This document shows, one piece after another, positions 61,451-64,000 of a stretch of 64,000 nucleotides of DNA. The first letter of the stretch is position 1; each line of letters starts with the position of its first letter. Made by a program: the position numbers and the translations under genes. Below the pieces are notes generated by a model. That model did not search any database. It was not told where the DNA came from and saw only the letters and a list, made by a program, of their open reading frames with translations. The stretch is from Octopus sinensis (Eukaryota): positions 44,144,001 through 44,208,000 of the forward strand of contig NC_042999.1 of NCBI RefSeq assembly GCF_006345805.1, in the 5' to 3' direction.

Positions 61451-61874
61451 GGGTACTTTTTGGTTATCTCACCCCCATTAAAAAATTGGGTTATCTCCCC
61501 ATTAAAAAATCGAGTTAATGTGGCAACAAGAGATAGGATTAAAAGAGTTAGATCCTTTTGATTCAGTACTTTAACACATCGTTAACTTTTGGCCTCTTCA
61601 ATAGGCATGTTATGATGTTATAAAAATATTATCAGATTCAGTAAGATGTTTAATTTTTTCAGTTTTCCTGTTTATTAATTTTTTCAGTTTTGTATGATTT
61701 GTTATAAAAATATTATCAGATTCAAAACGATGTTTCATCTCTTCACTTTTTATGTTTATTAATTTTTTCATTTTTTTTTAGTTGAAGGAGACAATCAAAA
61801 GTATGGATATTTCTCGTAAAACGGGTGGAGATAACCCAATTTTTTAATTGGGGTGAGATAACTAAAAAGTACCC
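61451..61874. mobile_element. 424-bp MITE with ~48-bp TIRs, superfamily unassigned
   Basis: GGGTACTTTTTGGTTATCTCACCCC... / ...GGGGTGAGATAACTAAAAAGTACCC; flanks tagatt / tagatc. Confidence 0.85.
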
Positions 61875-61974
61875 TAGATCGATTTAAATATTCCTATAAA
61901 ACACAAGAATTAGAATTATAAGAAGTACACTTATAAATAAGAGATCTTCCTTCTAACGTTTAAAAGACTATTAT

Positions 61975-62177
61975 GTATTTCTTTACTACCCACAAGGGGC
62001 TAAACAAAGGGATTAAGTCGATTACATCGACCCCAGTGCGTAACTGGTACTTAATTTATCGACCCCGAAAGGATGAAAGGCAAAGTCGACCTCGGCGGAA
62101 TTTGAACTCGGAACGCAACGACAGACGAAATACGGCTACGAATTTCGCCTGGCGTGCTAACGTTTCTGCCAGCTCAT
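61975..62177 (-). mobile_element. Young family B SINE (CpG-rich)
   Basis: Near-consensus copy with CpGs retained. Confidence 0.88.
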
Positions 62178-64000
62178 GAATAAGCTAGCTTTGCTTGAGG
62201 CAGGGAACCTATATTACAGGGAACCGCATCTATGAAATGCTAGACATATTTTCTACAAAGCTATTTGCGACAAAATTATTTTCATACTGTAAATAATCCC
62301 ATATTTATATGGAAAACAAAAACTAATAAATTAGTATTGATTTAATTATCTTATTTGAGTTATTTTATATTAAAAATATGTAAAAAGCAAAGAGAAAAAC
62401 CAAAATTATTTATATGTCTATCATATAAAATAAAACTGTTGCTCCATCTTTTCGTACATGCGCTGACATTGTGATAGCAATTTAGGCTGTACCTTCATCG
62501 TAGTCCAATTAACCATGTTACCTAAGTCACCTCTTGGGATTGCTGCTGCCGGTGTAGGAATATGTTTTCTAGGTTATTGCATTTATTTTGATCACAAAAG
62601 AAGGAGCGACCCATTATTTAAACAGAAACTTCGTGAAAGTTAGTACAAATAACATTTATGCTGTTTTTTCACCACAAAAAATGTATAATAATCTGCCATC
62701 ATGAATATAATTTTCTCATGTTTTTTCTCCCACATTTTCATTTTATGATATAGATATTATGAAATGGTCGAATAATAATAGTAGAAATCTTTACATATGT
62801 GTTTTTTTGACTATATGTATTTGCATTATTTTGTCATGCCTGTAAGAATTGCAGCTTTCGTGTTTGTATTTCCTACTTCATTAAAATACGTAAGTCGCGA
62901 CCTCTAAGGTGTCATCTGCCCGGTTTCTCATCTTTCAGACCCACGTTGGTTTTACTTCATATTCCAGTTTCTCCCCTTTTTTTTTATGTAATATCTCCTT
63001 TATTCTGTTTTCTTTCCCTTATGTTTATTTAATAATGTAAATGTAATATTCTTATATTTGAAAATTGATTGACATGTTCACATTCAGTTTAATAATCGAT
63101 ATTGGTGTATTATCAGAATCGTTTCTGTTGGATTTAAGGCTTAACCCTTCACGTTCTGTGTTCAGATCCCGACATAGTCTATCACTGCGCTTTTTTAACC
63201 TTTCGGGTTGGTAAAATAAAATACGAGTAAATTGTTGTAAATACAAGGCAACATGCTTACTGCTTAATTTTTGTGAATCAAATTAATTTTTTCTCTTCCT
63301 CGTATGTGTAATTAGCCAGGCGTGATTTTATTAGTGTTGTAAATTATCAAGATTCTTCAAAATTTACTCTATATACAAACGAGAGAAAGGGAACATCAAT
63401 TCGATAAAATTTACATACGAAATATTTCACTATTAGTGCGCTTAACCCTACACAACCTGCTTGAAGTAAAATTAAAAATTAAATTAACCCAGAAATTAGC
63501 TGAAGAGAGTGAGGCTAGTTTTAATTACTCTGACAAAGCCCACAACTTGTTTTTGTGAGCTAAAATTAATATTTTCTATATAGATATTAACAGTGTTTGT
63601 ACTGTGGAGCTTTTATTTATTTCTATTAATAATTTCATTGAAAGTAATAGCATTGACCTCTGGTGCGAGTGTAGAGTATTCGTATGTTATTTTATTTACC
63701 ATAACTACAATTTGGTACCCCATCTCCATGACTTTGGTTCCGAATAATTTTTTTTAATTGCTGATACATTTTCGAGAATGTAGTATTACTATTATGGTTT
63801 TTTTCCCCACTAAATTTTGCCAAAGTCATTGTAATCTACACTCGAAAATATCTGTGCGTTTTTAGTATAGTTGTGAAGAAGCAAAAGTTGGGAGAATAAT
63901 CTAAAAAATCCTGAGAATATTTTTTTCAGGAGGCACCAAACTGTAGTTAGGCTTTTTACTTTATACATATTTTTTTTTTACTCCTGTAAATAGCATTCTT

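Noticed and set aside
63052-63246. 64-aa - strand ORF
   Set aside because: Overlaps a highly decayed family B SINE.

Overview
AT-rich animal genomic DNA, most likely from an octopus (inferred from the tRNA-derived SINE, RTE and CR1 repeat content). The only host gene I can support is the 3' part of a + strand, multi-exon KASH-domain nuclear-envelope protein of the Klarsicht/nesprin type. Nine GT-AG exons at 4053-29265 join in phase into about 525 aa with spectrin-like helical segments and a C-terminal ...LRYINGAPPI*, and a long AT-rich 3' UTR probably follows to about 37.1 kb. The rest is repeat-dense: a near full-length RTE LINE on the - strand (49.7-54.4 kb, six 1-bp frameshifts, a PHD finger inside the RT), truncated RTE and CR1 copies, three SINE families, piggyBac-type MITEs, two Helitrons, a mariner remnant and several long fold-back inverted repeats. 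Most worth following up: (1) fold-back remnants at (TA)n tracts that carry minimal hammerhead ribozymes of the Penelope-like type; (2) a divergent KASH peptide lacking the conserved Cys; (3) a candidate internal first exon giving a short KASH isoform; (4) nested long-range duplexes in the proximal 3' UTR that bracket a 93-codon ORF. No database search or folding program was run; all family calls come from motifs read by eye.
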